Shown in pieces: positions 20,585 to 29,024 of a stretch of 64,000 bases of DNA. The DNA lies in NCBI GenBank assembly GCA_963677435.1, contig OY781945.1, positions 1,600,001-1,664,000 of the forward strand. The letters are read 5' to 3'. Position 1 is the stretch's first letter, and the number at the start of each line of letters is the position of its first letter. A program made the position numbers and the translations under genes. This DNA comes from an uncultured Aliarcobacter sp. GTDB lineage: Bacteria; Campylobacterota; Campylobacteria; Campylobacterales; Arcobacteraceae. The notes beneath the pieces are model-generated. The model did not search any database. It had not been told where the DNA came from and saw only the letters and a list, made by a program, of their open reading frames with translations.

Positions 20585-21676
20585 TTAGATTTGGAAATCT
20601 ATAGGTTTATTTTTCTTTTCATCATCCCACTCAAAGATAAAACACATTGGTAATTTGTCATATTTATTTAAAATCTTAGCAGTAATTAAACCTGATATAA
20701 ATATAGAAATAATCGCAAGAGCAGAAGAAAATGCTAAAGTTGAAAGACCAGATAAACCTTGCCCAACTGTACAACCAATGGCTAAAATCCCACCAGTTCC
20801 CATTAATGCTCCACCAATCATATTGTATTTTACTTTATTAAATGTTTGACTTGAAGTACATCCAAAACTATATTTTTTATTCGCAAAAGACATAAGAAAA
20901 GTTCCAAGTAATACACCACAAATAATTGTAATACCAAATGATAACTCATTTACTTGATAATATGTAAACAGTTCTAAAGTTTTAGCTGTTGGATAAACAA
21001 AAGTAATACTAGAAAGTTCAATCTCTCTTTCCATACTATCTGCTCCAATATAACCACTTACAAACCAAGCAGTACTAACTAACAATCCAATTAAAACTCC
21101 ATCAACTAAAGAAAAAATTCTTTTTACTTTTTTTACTAAAACCAATAAAATCACTATTAAAATAGCTAAAACTACAAATATATTCATTTGAACATTTTTG
21201 ATATTTGATGAAAGTTCTATTAAAAAAGCATTATTTGTAAATGGACTTAAAACTCCATATAACAAGCCTTTTGTAGTTGCATAAGCAAAAATAGCAATAA
21301 ATATTAAAGTAATCAAAGCATTTGAATCACCTTGTGCATATTTAACTAAACTTCTACTACTACAACCATCTGCAATCATCATCCCTGTTCCAAAAAGTAG
21401 TCCACCAAAAATTATTGCAAAATAGTTTATATTGCTTTTAAAATAATTTGATTGAGTTAAATCTATATCAAAATGATTAGCCATCAAAGTTGTAGAAATT
21501 ATGGCAATAATCATAGCCATAATAACAGAAGCACCTCTTTTGGTAGATTTCATAAGAATATAATCTTTAATTGAACCACTAAAACAAAATTGGTTTTTTT
21601 GAGCAATTACACCAAAGGCAATTCCTATAAATAAACCTAAAATATTAACTATTTCATAAATTTCTAAATCAAACAT
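20585..21676 (-). CDS. YeeE/YedE family thiosulfate/sulfur-compound transporter
   Basis: FCFSG, FG.GM.IA.GC and GG.LMG.GG.LA.GC..GQG motifs. Confidence 0.9.
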   Translation of the reverse strand: MFDLEIYEIVNILGLFIGIAFGVIAQKNQFCFSGSIKDYILMKSTKRGASVIMAMIIAIISTTLMANHFDIDLTQSNYFKSNINYFAIIFGGLLFGTGMMIADGCSSRSLVKYAQGDSNALITLIFIAIFAYATTKGLLYGVLSPFTNNAFLIELSSNIKNVQMNIFVVLAILIVILLVLVKKVKRIFSLVDGVLIGLLVSTAWFVSGYIGADSMEREIELSSITFVYPTAKTLELFTYYQVNELSFGITIICGVLLGTFLMSFANKKYSFGCTSSQTFNKVKYNMIGGALMGTGGILAIGCTVGQGLSGLSTLAFSSALAIISIFISGLITAKILNKYDKLPMCFIFEWDDEKKNKPIDFQI

Positions 21677-21678
21677 TT

Positions 21679-21942
21679 TTATATATCATCCTCATCATCT
21701 GTCATGTCTTCTAAATCTTGAAGAATTTTAACTGCATCTTCTTCACTTAGAATCTTTTTATCAATATGTAATAAAACTTGTTCATAATATTTTTTTACAT
21801 CTAACATATAATCTAATTCAACTTTTAAGTCTTCACTATCTTTTTGTTTTAATAGAAATTTTTCTATTACTTTTATCTCTTCATTTACTTGAATTAAAAC
21901 CTCAGTTTTTAATAACTTTTCTAATTGATCTATTACATTCAT
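21679..21942 (-). CDS. Hypothetical acidic protein
   Basis: 87-aa ORF with AGGA ribosome-binding site, in operon between hemF and the YeeE gene. Confidence 0.7.
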   Translation of the reverse strand: MNVIDQLEKLLKTEVLIQVNEEIKVIEKFLLKQKDSEDLKVELDYMLDVKKYYEQVLLHIDKKILSEEDAVKILQDLEDMTDDEDDI

Positions 21943-21954
21943 AATTATTTCCTT

Positions 21955-22989
21955 TTATTTTATGTGATTGTTTACTGTATTTGGAATTATCATTCCGCTT
22001 GCTTGATATTTTAGTGCATCTGGGTAATTTTTGTAATGATTTCTTACAACTTGCGCCAACTTCTCTTTTGTTTGGGTATTTATTACTCCATTATTTTCAA
22101 TATTATTTATAATATTTTCTAACAATTCATTTTGTGGGATTTGCATTTTTGTAATCCAAGTTTGTAATAAAGCTCTATTTACAAATTTTGGAAGTGAACC
22201 CATAATCCCTACATCATTTTGATTATGTATCAAAAGTCCTGAAGTTGTACCTCTATCAAGTGTTAAAACTTGGAAAAGATATAAAGTGTGGTAATCAAGT
22301 TGTTTTTTAATATCTTGAACACTAAATGTTTGTCTTGTCTCAAAAGCATTTGCAATTATATTTATATATGTATCAATAACAGCTTTACCAAAATCCAAGG
22401 CAAAATCAAAATCTTTTTGATTATCCAAAGTTTTATAGTTTTCTAAATAAAAATGAGAAACACCTCTGTGTCTGTTTAAAGCTGGAATAAAAAAGTATTT
22501 TTCCCCTTGTTTTGTTCCTTCTTCATAATTCTCTTTTGAAATTTCCTTTATACATTCATCAAATATCTTTTTATCTTCATCATTTTGTATACTTGGGTTT
22601 AAATCAGCCATAATTCGCCAATAAGAGTTCCCATCCTTTAAACATGTCAAACTAATGTGCATATGAATTGAGGGAACATTGGGGTTTTTAGGATGAATAA
22701 TAGTTGAAATCGCCGTTGCACTTTGTAGATTTTTATTTGGATTATTATCATAGTGAATTTGTGAAACATTTACACTTGCTGTATTAAATAAAACTTCATC
22801 CCTTGCTTCAAATCTATCTCCACCACCACAAAGCCCATCTTCTCTTAACCAAATTACATCTTCAAATTTTTTATTTTCTCCAAATTTAGCACTTAAACCA
22901 TCTAGTTTATCAACAAATCTTTTTTGTAAAGTTTTTACTAAATTATATGCATTTATCGCATTTGTTGATTTTGCCATTATCATATTCAT
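21955..22989 (-). CDS. hemF: Oxygen-dependent coproporphyrinogen III oxidase
   Basis: S.IIHP.NP.VPS.H, YFFIP...RHRG and DRGT..GL...SLP. Start set to the ATG 7 nt after AGGA. Confidence 0.85.
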   Translation of the reverse strand: MNMIMAKSTNAINAYNLVKTLQKRFVDKLDGLSAKFGENKKFEDVIWLREDGLCGGGDRFEARDEVLFNTASVNVSQIHYDNNPNKNLQSATAISTIIHPKNPNVPSIHMHISLTCLKDGNSYWRIMADLNPSIQNDEDKKIFDECIKEISKENYEEGTKQGEKYFFIPALNRHRGVSHFYLENYKTLDNQKDFDFALDFGKAVIDTYINIIANAFETRQTFSVQDIKKQLDYHTLYLFQVLTLDRGTTSGLLIHNQNDVGIMGSLPKFVNRALLQTWITKMQIPQNELLENIINNIENNGVINTQTKEKLAQVVRNHYKNYPDALKYQASGMIIPNTVNNHIK

Positions 22990-23092
22990 TTTCAAATCCT
23001 GCTATATATCTTTTTTATGGACAATTATATATAAATTTACTTATGAATAAGAAAGAAAATCATACAATGACAAAAAATGCACAGGAGCTAGT

Positions 23093-23542
23093 ATGGAAAA
23101 TATTTTAAATTACATCAAAATAAACGAGCTTATCTCAACATCAGGTCAACCAAAAGCAGAACAATTTGAGTTAATTCAAAATCAAGGTTTTGAAGTGGTT
23201 ATAAATTTAGCTTTATATAATGCTTCAAACGCAATTGAAAATGAAAACAAAGTTGTAACCGACTTAGGCATGAGTTATTTTCATATTCCTGTAAATTTTG
23301 AAAATCCCTCATTAAGTGATTTAAAACTATTTTTAAATACATTACAAGCACTTGGAGGAAATAAAGTTTGGGTTCACTGTGCAAAAAACTACAGAGTAAG
23401 TGCTTTTATGTATGTTTATCATAAATATATTTTAAGAACTCCATTTGAGTATATTGATTTATCAATATTTGATATTTGGTCACCAAGTTTACCTTGGCAA
23501 GAACTTATGAAAGTAAATCTTGAGGATTTGTATAAGGTGTAA
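23093..23542 (+). CDS. Cys-dependent phosphatase-like protein (DUF442/BLH type)
   Basis: TSGQP, G...VINL, Y.HIPV and CX5R motif HCAKNYR. Confidence 0.8.
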   Translation: MENILNYIKINELISTSGQPKAEQFELIQNQGFEVVINLALYNASNAIENENKVVTDLGMSYFHIPVNFENPSLSDLKLFLNTLQALGGNKVWVHCAKNYRVSAFMYVYHKYILRTPFEYIDLSIFDIWSPSLPWQELMKVNLEDLYKV

Positions 23543-23609
23543 TTAAATAATAAATCATAGTCTTATGATAGTTTTGATACCATACGAGCCTTAATTTAAC
23601 AAAAATAGA

Positions 23610-24728
23610 TTGGAAAAAAGTTTGAAGATAGAGACAAATATTGCAAAATTTAACGAACATTTATATCTTGAGAGTGGACGACTTTTAGAGTCTTTTGAAA
23701 TCATTTATGAAACTTATGGTGAACTAAATGAAGATAAATCAAATGTAATTGTTATTTGTCATGCCTTATCAGGAAGTCATCATGCAGCTGGTCGTTATGC
23801 AGATGAAGCAAAAGCTGGATGGTGGGATAAATTCATAGGTGATGGAAAAGCAATAGATACAAGAAAATATTTTGTAATTTGTTCAAATAATATTGGAAGT
23901 TCTTTTGGTTCTACAAATCCTATGAGCATAGACCCTTCAACAAAAAAAGAGTATAGATTAAAATTTCCAGTTCTTGCAATTTCAGATATTGTAAAAGCCC
24001 AAATGAAACTATACAAAAGATTAGGTATTTCAAATGCTGTTGCTGTAATTGGTGGAAGCATGGGTGGAATGCAAGCTCTTTGTTATGCAATCGAACATCC
24101 AACTTTTGCAAAAGATATTATAGCTCTTGCAACAACTGCATACACAAGACCTTGGGCGATAGCTTTTAATAAAATTGGAATGGAAGCTATAAGACATGAC
24201 CCAGCGTTTAAAAATGGAAACTATAAAAAAGATGATCCAAAAGCTTTGGGACTTCCAGGACTTGCTGTTGGAAGAATGGCTGGCTTAATCTGTTATTTAA
24301 GTCCTAATTTTTTTAATAATAGATTTGGACGAGATTATTCATCAACAGATGGATTATATGAATTATTTGGAAGATTTGAAGTTGAGAAATATTTAGAATA
24401 TAACTCTTATGCCTTTCCAAATATTTTTGATCCACTTTCATATTTGTATGTTTGTAAAACAATGAATATTTTTGATGCAGGAAGAAATAAAGATAAATTA
24501 GCTGATTCTTTTGATAAAGTTCAAGCAAATCTGCATTTAATCGCCTTTAGTGATGACATGTTATTTTTTCCACAAGAGATGGAAGAGATACGAGATATTA
24601 TGATAAAACTAGGTCGAGAAGATAAAGTAACATATAAATTAGTGCAAAGCCAATCGGGGCATGATTCGTTTTTGGTAGAAGTAGAGAAGTTTGAAGACCA
24701 TGTAAGAGAAATTTTAAAGGATAAATAA
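23610..24728 (+). CDS. metX: Homoserine O-acetyltransferase
   Basis: CHALSGS.H, GWW, GGSMGGMQ and GHDSFL. Confidence 0.95.
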   Translation: MEKSLKIETNIAKFNEHLYLESGRLLESFEIIYETYGELNEDKSNVIVICHALSGSHHAAGRYADEAKAGWWDKFIGDGKAIDTRKYFVICSNNIGSSFGSTNPMSIDPSTKKEYRLKFPVLAISDIVKAQMKLYKRLGISNAVAVIGGSMGGMQALCYAIEHPTFAKDIIALATTAYTRPWAIAFNKIGMEAIRHDPAFKNGNYKKDDPKALGLPGLAVGRMAGLICYLSPNFFNNRFGRDYSSTDGLYELFGRFEVEKYLEYNSYAFPNIFDPLSYLYVCKTMNIFDAGRNKDKLADSFDKVQANLHLIAFSDDMLFFPQEMEEIRDIMIKLGREDKVTYKLVQSQSGHDSFLVEVEKFEDHVREILKDK

Positions 24729-24932
24729 ATGCTAGATACAAAAGAGATAGAACAAATAAATTTTGAAGAGAAAATCATAAAAGCAAAAGAGCTTTTAGAA
24801 AAACTATCAAACCCACAAATTACATTAAGTGATTCAATAAAAGTATATAAAACTGGTGTAAAAGAGTTAGATGAAGCTCAAAAACTTCTAGATGAAGCAA
24901 AACTAATCTTCTCAACTGCAAATAAAGAATAA
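24729..24932 (+). CDS. xseB: Exodeoxyribonuclease VII small subunit
   Basis: FEE.......L..L.....L..S...Y..G......Q..L..A pattern. Confidence 0.85.
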   Translation: MLDTKEIEQINFEEKIIKAKELLEKLSNPQITLSDSIKVYKTGVKELDEAQKLLDEAKLIFSTANKE

Positions 24933-25007
24933 ATATAACAAATTGAGATATTTTTTTAACTACTAAAAAATATTTGATAAACTTCTTCAACTAACAAGGA
25001 GAAGTTT

Positions 25008-25667
25008 ATGAAATCTATCAAACAACTAGAAAACATAGATAAACCAAGAGAAAAACTTATCAAAAAAGGTGCAAGTGCACTAAAAGATTATGAACTTTTA
25101 GCCGTTCTTTTAGGAAGTGGAGTTCAAGGCAAAGATGTAATAAAACTATCCCAAGAAATCATAAAACTTTTTGAAGAGGATTTTGAAAATCTAAGCTTAG
25201 AAAAATTATCTTCAATTCATGGTTTAGGACTAACAAAAGCTTCACAGATTCTTAGTTCCATAGAATTATCACGCAGATACCTAATCAAACAAAACAAAAA
25301 AATAAGCTGCTCAAATGATGTATATAATGAACTAAAAGAGTATCACAATAAACAACAAGAGTATTTCCTAGCTTTATATCTCGATGGTGCAAATCATTTA
25401 ATCCAAACAAAAGTAATAACTATAGGAATCCTAAATCAAAGCCTAGTTCATCCAAGGGAAGTATTTTCTTATGCAATCGAAAAAAGATGCGCTAGTATAA
25501 TCGTAGCCCACAATCACCCAAGTGGAATATTACAAGCTAGCAGTGAAGATATAAATGTAACAAAAAGATTAAAAGAGAGTGGAAAAATATTAGGAATCGA
25601 ACTACTTGACCATTTGATAATCACAAGTGATGGATATTTGAGTTTGAAAGAAGAGGGTGTTTTGTGA
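25008..25667 (+). CDS. radC: RadC/UPF0758 JAB-domain protein
   Basis: PREKL...G...L.D.ELLA, VHPREVF, HNHPSG...S.ED and LDH.I. Confidence 0.95.
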   Translation: MKSIKQLENIDKPREKLIKKGASALKDYELLAVLLGSGVQGKDVIKLSQEIIKLFEEDFENLSLEKLSSIHGLGLTKASQILSSIELSRRYLIKQNKKISCSNDVYNELKEYHNKQQEYFLALYLDGANHLIQTKVITIGILNQSLVHPREVFSYAIEKRCASIIVAHNHPSGILQASSEDINVTKRLKESGKILGIELLDHLIITSDGYLSLKEEGVL

Positions 25668-26074
25668 TGTTTTTAGATAATGATGATGAAATATTTAATC
25701 AATGGAATGATGTAAAAAAGAGAACACAAGAAAAAACAATTACTGCTTATTTTAGAGAAAGAGAAATTTATTGGGCTAATCTTGGTAAAAATATAGGTTA
25801 TGAACAAAATGGGAAAGGCGAAGATTTTATGAGACCACTTTTAATTTTTAGGAAATATAATAACAAACTTTTTTGTGGAATACCTTTATCAACAACAATT
25901 AGAGAAGGTAGCTTTTTTTATAATTTTGATTTTTTAGATGATAAAACTAGTAGTGCATTATTAGTTCAAGCAAAAACTTTTGATGTAAAAAGACTTGATA
26001 GAAAAATTGGTACTATAAATATAGATGATTTTGAAAAACTTGAATTAAAATTTAAGAAGTTGATGAAGTTTTGA
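25667..26074 (+). CDS. PemK/MazF-family endoribonuclease toxin with no adjacent protein antitoxin
   Basis: F..WN..KK, REIYW..LG.NIG.EQ.GK...F.RP.L, GIPLST and Q....D.KRL..KIG. TGATG coupling to radC. Confidence 0.85.
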   Translation: MFLDNDDEIFNQWNDVKKRTQEKTITAYFREREIYWANLGKNIGYEQNGKGEDFMRPLLIFRKYNNKLFCGIPLSTTIREGSFFYNFDFLDDKTSSALLVQAKTFDVKRLDRKIGTINIDDFEKLELKFKKLMKF

Positions 26075-26122
26075 TTTTCCCCTCTTACTAAAAGTAAGAG
26101 AGTAGTCCCGAAGGAAAATTGT
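26072..26122 (-). ncRNA. Candidate antisense small RNA convergent on the toxin 3' end
   Basis: Lies downstream of a near-consensus minus-strand promoter. Can form a CC-UUCG-GG tetraloop hairpin and an 8-bp CUCUUACU/AGUAAGAG hairpin, with AUUUUCC/GGAAAAU as a possible outer stem. 3' end unknown. Confidence 0.55.
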
Positions 26123-26128
26123 AAGCGC

Positions 26129-26157
26129 ATTTTATCAGATAACAGTATTTTTGTCAA
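26129..26157 (-). promoter_or_regulatory. Sigma70 promoter, antisense to the toxin gene
   Basis: TTGACA (26152-26157), 17-nt spacer, TAAAAT (26129-26134) with extended -10 TG. Confidence 0.8.
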
Positions 26158-26179
26158 ATTAAAATCTTCTCTTAGCCCT

Positions 26180-26208
26180 TTGACTACTTAGTTTTAGTAA
26201 AATAATAT
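26180..26208 (+). promoter_or_regulatory. Probable hsdM promoter
   Basis: TTGACT (26180-26185), 17-nt spacer, TAATAT (26203-26208). An alternative TAAAAT lies at 26198. Confidence 0.5.
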
Positions 26209-26237
26209 TACTAATAATCAAGGAAATATATACAAAT

Positions 26238-27794
26238 ATGGGTGAAGAAAACAAAAGAAGATTAGAACAACAGCTATGGAATATAGCAAATACCCTAAGA
26301 GGTAAGATGGATGCCGATGAGTTTCGGGATTATATCCTTGGATTTATCTTTTACAAGTATTTATCTGAAAAAATGGAAAGCTATGCAAATGACCTTTTAG
26401 AAGAAGATAAACTTATCTATACTTTGCTTGATGAAAAAAAAGATGCACAATACCTTGATGCTATCAAAGAAGATTCTATCGAACAACTTGGATATTTTTT
26501 AAAACCAAATGAACTTTTTTCAGCAGTGGCTCAAAGAGGAAATGGTGATACAAATAACTTTATACTTGAAGATTTAACTACGATTTTGAGAAATATTGAA
26601 TCTTCAACTATGGGACATGAGAGTGAAGATGATTTTGAAGATTTATTTTCTGATATTGATTTGACTTCTAAAAAGCTTGGACGAAGTGAAGAGCAAAAAA
26701 ACACTCTCATAGCAAAAGTTTTAGCTCACCTTGATAATATAAACTTTGAACTTAAAAACCACGACAGAGATGTTTTAGGTGATGCTTATGAGTATTTAAT
26801 CGCTCAGTTTGCTTCAAATGCTGGTAAAAAAGCAGGGGAGTTTTACACACCTCAAGCAGTTTCAAAAATACTTGCTAAAATCGTAACTTCGGGGAAAACA
26901 AAACTAAAATCAGTTTATGACCCAACTTGTGGTTCTGGTTCACTTCTTCTTCGTGTTGCAAAAGAGGTGAAAGATGTATCAAACTTTTATGGACAAGAGT
27001 TAAATAGAACTACATTTAACCTTGCTCGTATGAATATGATAATGCACGATGTTCACTATAGAAAGTTTGACTTAAAACAAGAAGATACACTAGAACACCC
27101 ACAACACTTAGATAAAAAATTTGAAGCGATTGTTGCAAATCCACCATTTTCTGCCCAATGGTCAGCAAATCCGCTTCACCTAAGTGATGATAGATTTTCT
27201 CAATATGGACGCCTTGCACCTTCTTCAAAAGCGGATTTTGCTTTTGTACAACACATGATTCATCATCTTGATGATAATGGAACTATGGCAGTAGTCCTTC
27301 CCCACGGTGTACTTTTTCGTGGAGGTGCAGAAGGACATATAAGAGAATATTTGATTGAAGATAGAAACTATCTAGATGCTGTTATTGGATTACCTGCAAA
27401 TATTTTTTATGGAACTTCTATTCCTACTTGTATTTTAGTTTTTAAAAAGTGTCGTGAAGATAGTGCTGATGTTTTATTTATAGATGCTTCAAAACATTTT
27501 GAAAAGGTAAAAAATCAAAATGTTTTAAGAGAAGAAGATATTGAAAAAATCATTGATACTTATACAAATAGAAAAGAAGAAGATAAATACTCATATAAAG
27601 CCAGTTTAGAAGAGATAAAAGAAAATGACTACAATCTAAATATCCCAAGATATGTAGATACTTTTGAAGAAGAAGATGTTATTGATTTGAATAGAGTTTC
27701 AAATGATTTAAAAGCTTTGGAAAATGAGATGAAAGCAACAAATGAAACTATTGAAGCTTTTTGTAGAGAATTAAATATCTCTACTCCTTTTTAG
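26238..27794 (+). CDS. hsdM: Type I restriction-modification methyltransferase subunit M
   Basis: LW..AN.LRG, GEFYTP, DPTCGSGSLL, NPPF (m6A) and PHGVLFRG. Confidence 0.97.
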   Translation: MGEENKRRLEQQLWNIANTLRGKMDADEFRDYILGFIFYKYLSEKMESYANDLLEEDKLIYTLLDEKKDAQYLDAIKEDSIEQLGYFLKPNELFSAVAQRGNGDTNNFILEDLTTILRNIESSTMGHESEDDFEDLFSDIDLTSKKLGRSEEQKNTLIAKVLAHLDNINFELKNHDRDVLGDAYEYLIAQFASNAGKKAGEFYTPQAVSKILAKIVTSGKTKLKSVYDPTCGSGSLLLRVAKEVKDVSNFYGQELNRTTFNLARMNMIMHDVHYRKFDLKQEDTLEHPQHLDKKFEAIVANPPFSAQWSANPLHLSDDRFSQYGRLAPSSKADFAFVQHMIHHLDDNGTMAVVLPHGVLFRGGAEGHIREYLIEDRNYLDAVIGLPANIFYGTSIPTCILVFKKCREDSADVLFIDASKHFEKVKNQNVLREEDIEKIIDTYTNRKEEDKYSYKASLEEIKENDYNLNIPRYVDTFEEEDVIDLNRVSNDLKALENEMKATNETIEAFCRELNISTPF

Positions 27795-27803
27795 GATGTT
27801 GTT

Positions 27804-29015
27804 ATGAGTAATGTACCTAAATTAAGATTCAAAGAGTTTAGTGGGGAGTGGAGTAAAAACAAAATATCTATAAAGATAATATCAGGCAACACTTATCCTT
27901 TAGAAGCTTATAGCAGGGAAAAAGGTACTTTATTAGTGCAAGGTTTAAATATTTATCCTAATGAATTAGTATTGGATAAGCCTATTTATATTTCTTCAGA
28001 ATATCTTACAGGGAAAGATGTATTAGTAAAAAATGAAGATATATTGGTTGGATTAAATAGACCTATTATAGGTAAAAAATTAAAGGCTTGTTTATTTATG
28101 GAAGATAGTGCTGTGCTTTATCAAAGAGCAGGTATATTAGATTTTGATAAATCAAAACTACATAATAGATTTTTATTCCAATATTTATTTAGTCAATCAT
28201 TTATAAAACAACTTTTAGCAGAACTTGTTGGTTCAGATCAACCATATATTAAGTCTGATTTATTTAAAGTTACAAAAAACATCTTTCCCTCAAAACTAGA
28301 ACAAGAAAAAATAGCTTTTTTTCTAACATCAGTTGATACAAAAATAGAACAATTAACAAAAAAAGAAACATTACTTCAAGAATATAAAAAAGGTGTAATG
28401 AATAAAATATTTAATCAAGAGATTAGATTTAAAGATGATGATGGTAGTGAGTTTCCTGAGTGGGAAGAGAAAAGGTTGGAAGATTTAGCTCAAATAATTG
28501 GTGGAGGAACACCTGAAACAAGTAAAGAAGAATATTGGAATGGCGATATTCAATGGTTCACACCAACTGAAATAAAATTTGATTATGTTTCTGAAAGTAT
28601 AAGAACGATTTCCGAATTAGGATTAAAAAAATCTTCTGCTAAAATTTTACCAATAGGAACTATTTTATTAACAACTAGAGCAACAATTGGAGAAGTTTCA
28701 ATAGCTTTAAGAGAATGTACTACAAATCAAGGATTTCAATCTTTAGTAGTAAAATCTAATCATAGTAATATTTTTATTTTTAATTGGATTAAAAATAATA
28801 AGTATAAATTTATTTCAAAAGCAAATGGTTCAACATTTCCAGAAATTAGTAAATCAGAAATTGAGAAAATCAAAATTACTATTCCATCACTAAAAGAACA
28901 AACAAAAATAGCAAACTTCTTATCATCAATAGATAAAAAGATAGAATTAACAATAAAAGAGTTAAATTCTACAAAAGAGTTTAAAAAAGCACTTTTACAA
29001 CAGATGTTTGTGTAA
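27804..29015 (+). CDS. hsdS: Type I restriction-modification specificity subunit S
   Basis: PKLRF.EF...W, two target recognition domains each followed by P...EQ.KIA.FL...D, and KK.LLQQMF. Confidence 0.95.
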   Translation: MSNVPKLRFKEFSGEWSKNKISIKIISGNTYPLEAYSREKGTLLVQGLNIYPNELVLDKPIYISSEYLTGKDVLVKNEDILVGLNRPIIGKKLKACLFMEDSAVLYQRAGILDFDKSKLHNRFLFQYLFSQSFIKQLLAELVGSDQPYIKSDLFKVTKNIFPSKLEQEKIAFFLTSVDTKIEQLTKKETLLQEYKKGVMNKIFNQEIRFKDDDGSEFPEWEEKRLEDLAQIIGGGTPETSKEEYWNGDIQWFTPTEIKFDYVSESIRTISELGLKKSSAKILPIGTILLTTRATIGEVSIALRECTTNQGFQSLVVKSNHSNIFIFNWIKNNKYKFISKANGSTFPEISKSEIEKIKITIPSLKEQTKIANFLSSIDKKIELTIKELNSTKEFKKALLQQMFV

Positions 29016-29024
29016 AGGATAATA

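Noticed and set aside
25966..26157. 63-aa minus-strand ORF as a protein antitoxin
   Set aside because: Its TTG start is the -35 hexamer of the antisense promoter, so that promoter could not transcribe it. It has no ribosome-binding site and is mostly the antisense of the toxin gene.
27804..29015. Phase-variable hsdS (shufflon or simple-sequence repeat)
   Set aside because: There is a single hsdS with no silent copies, invertase, flanking inverted repeats or long repeat tract visible.
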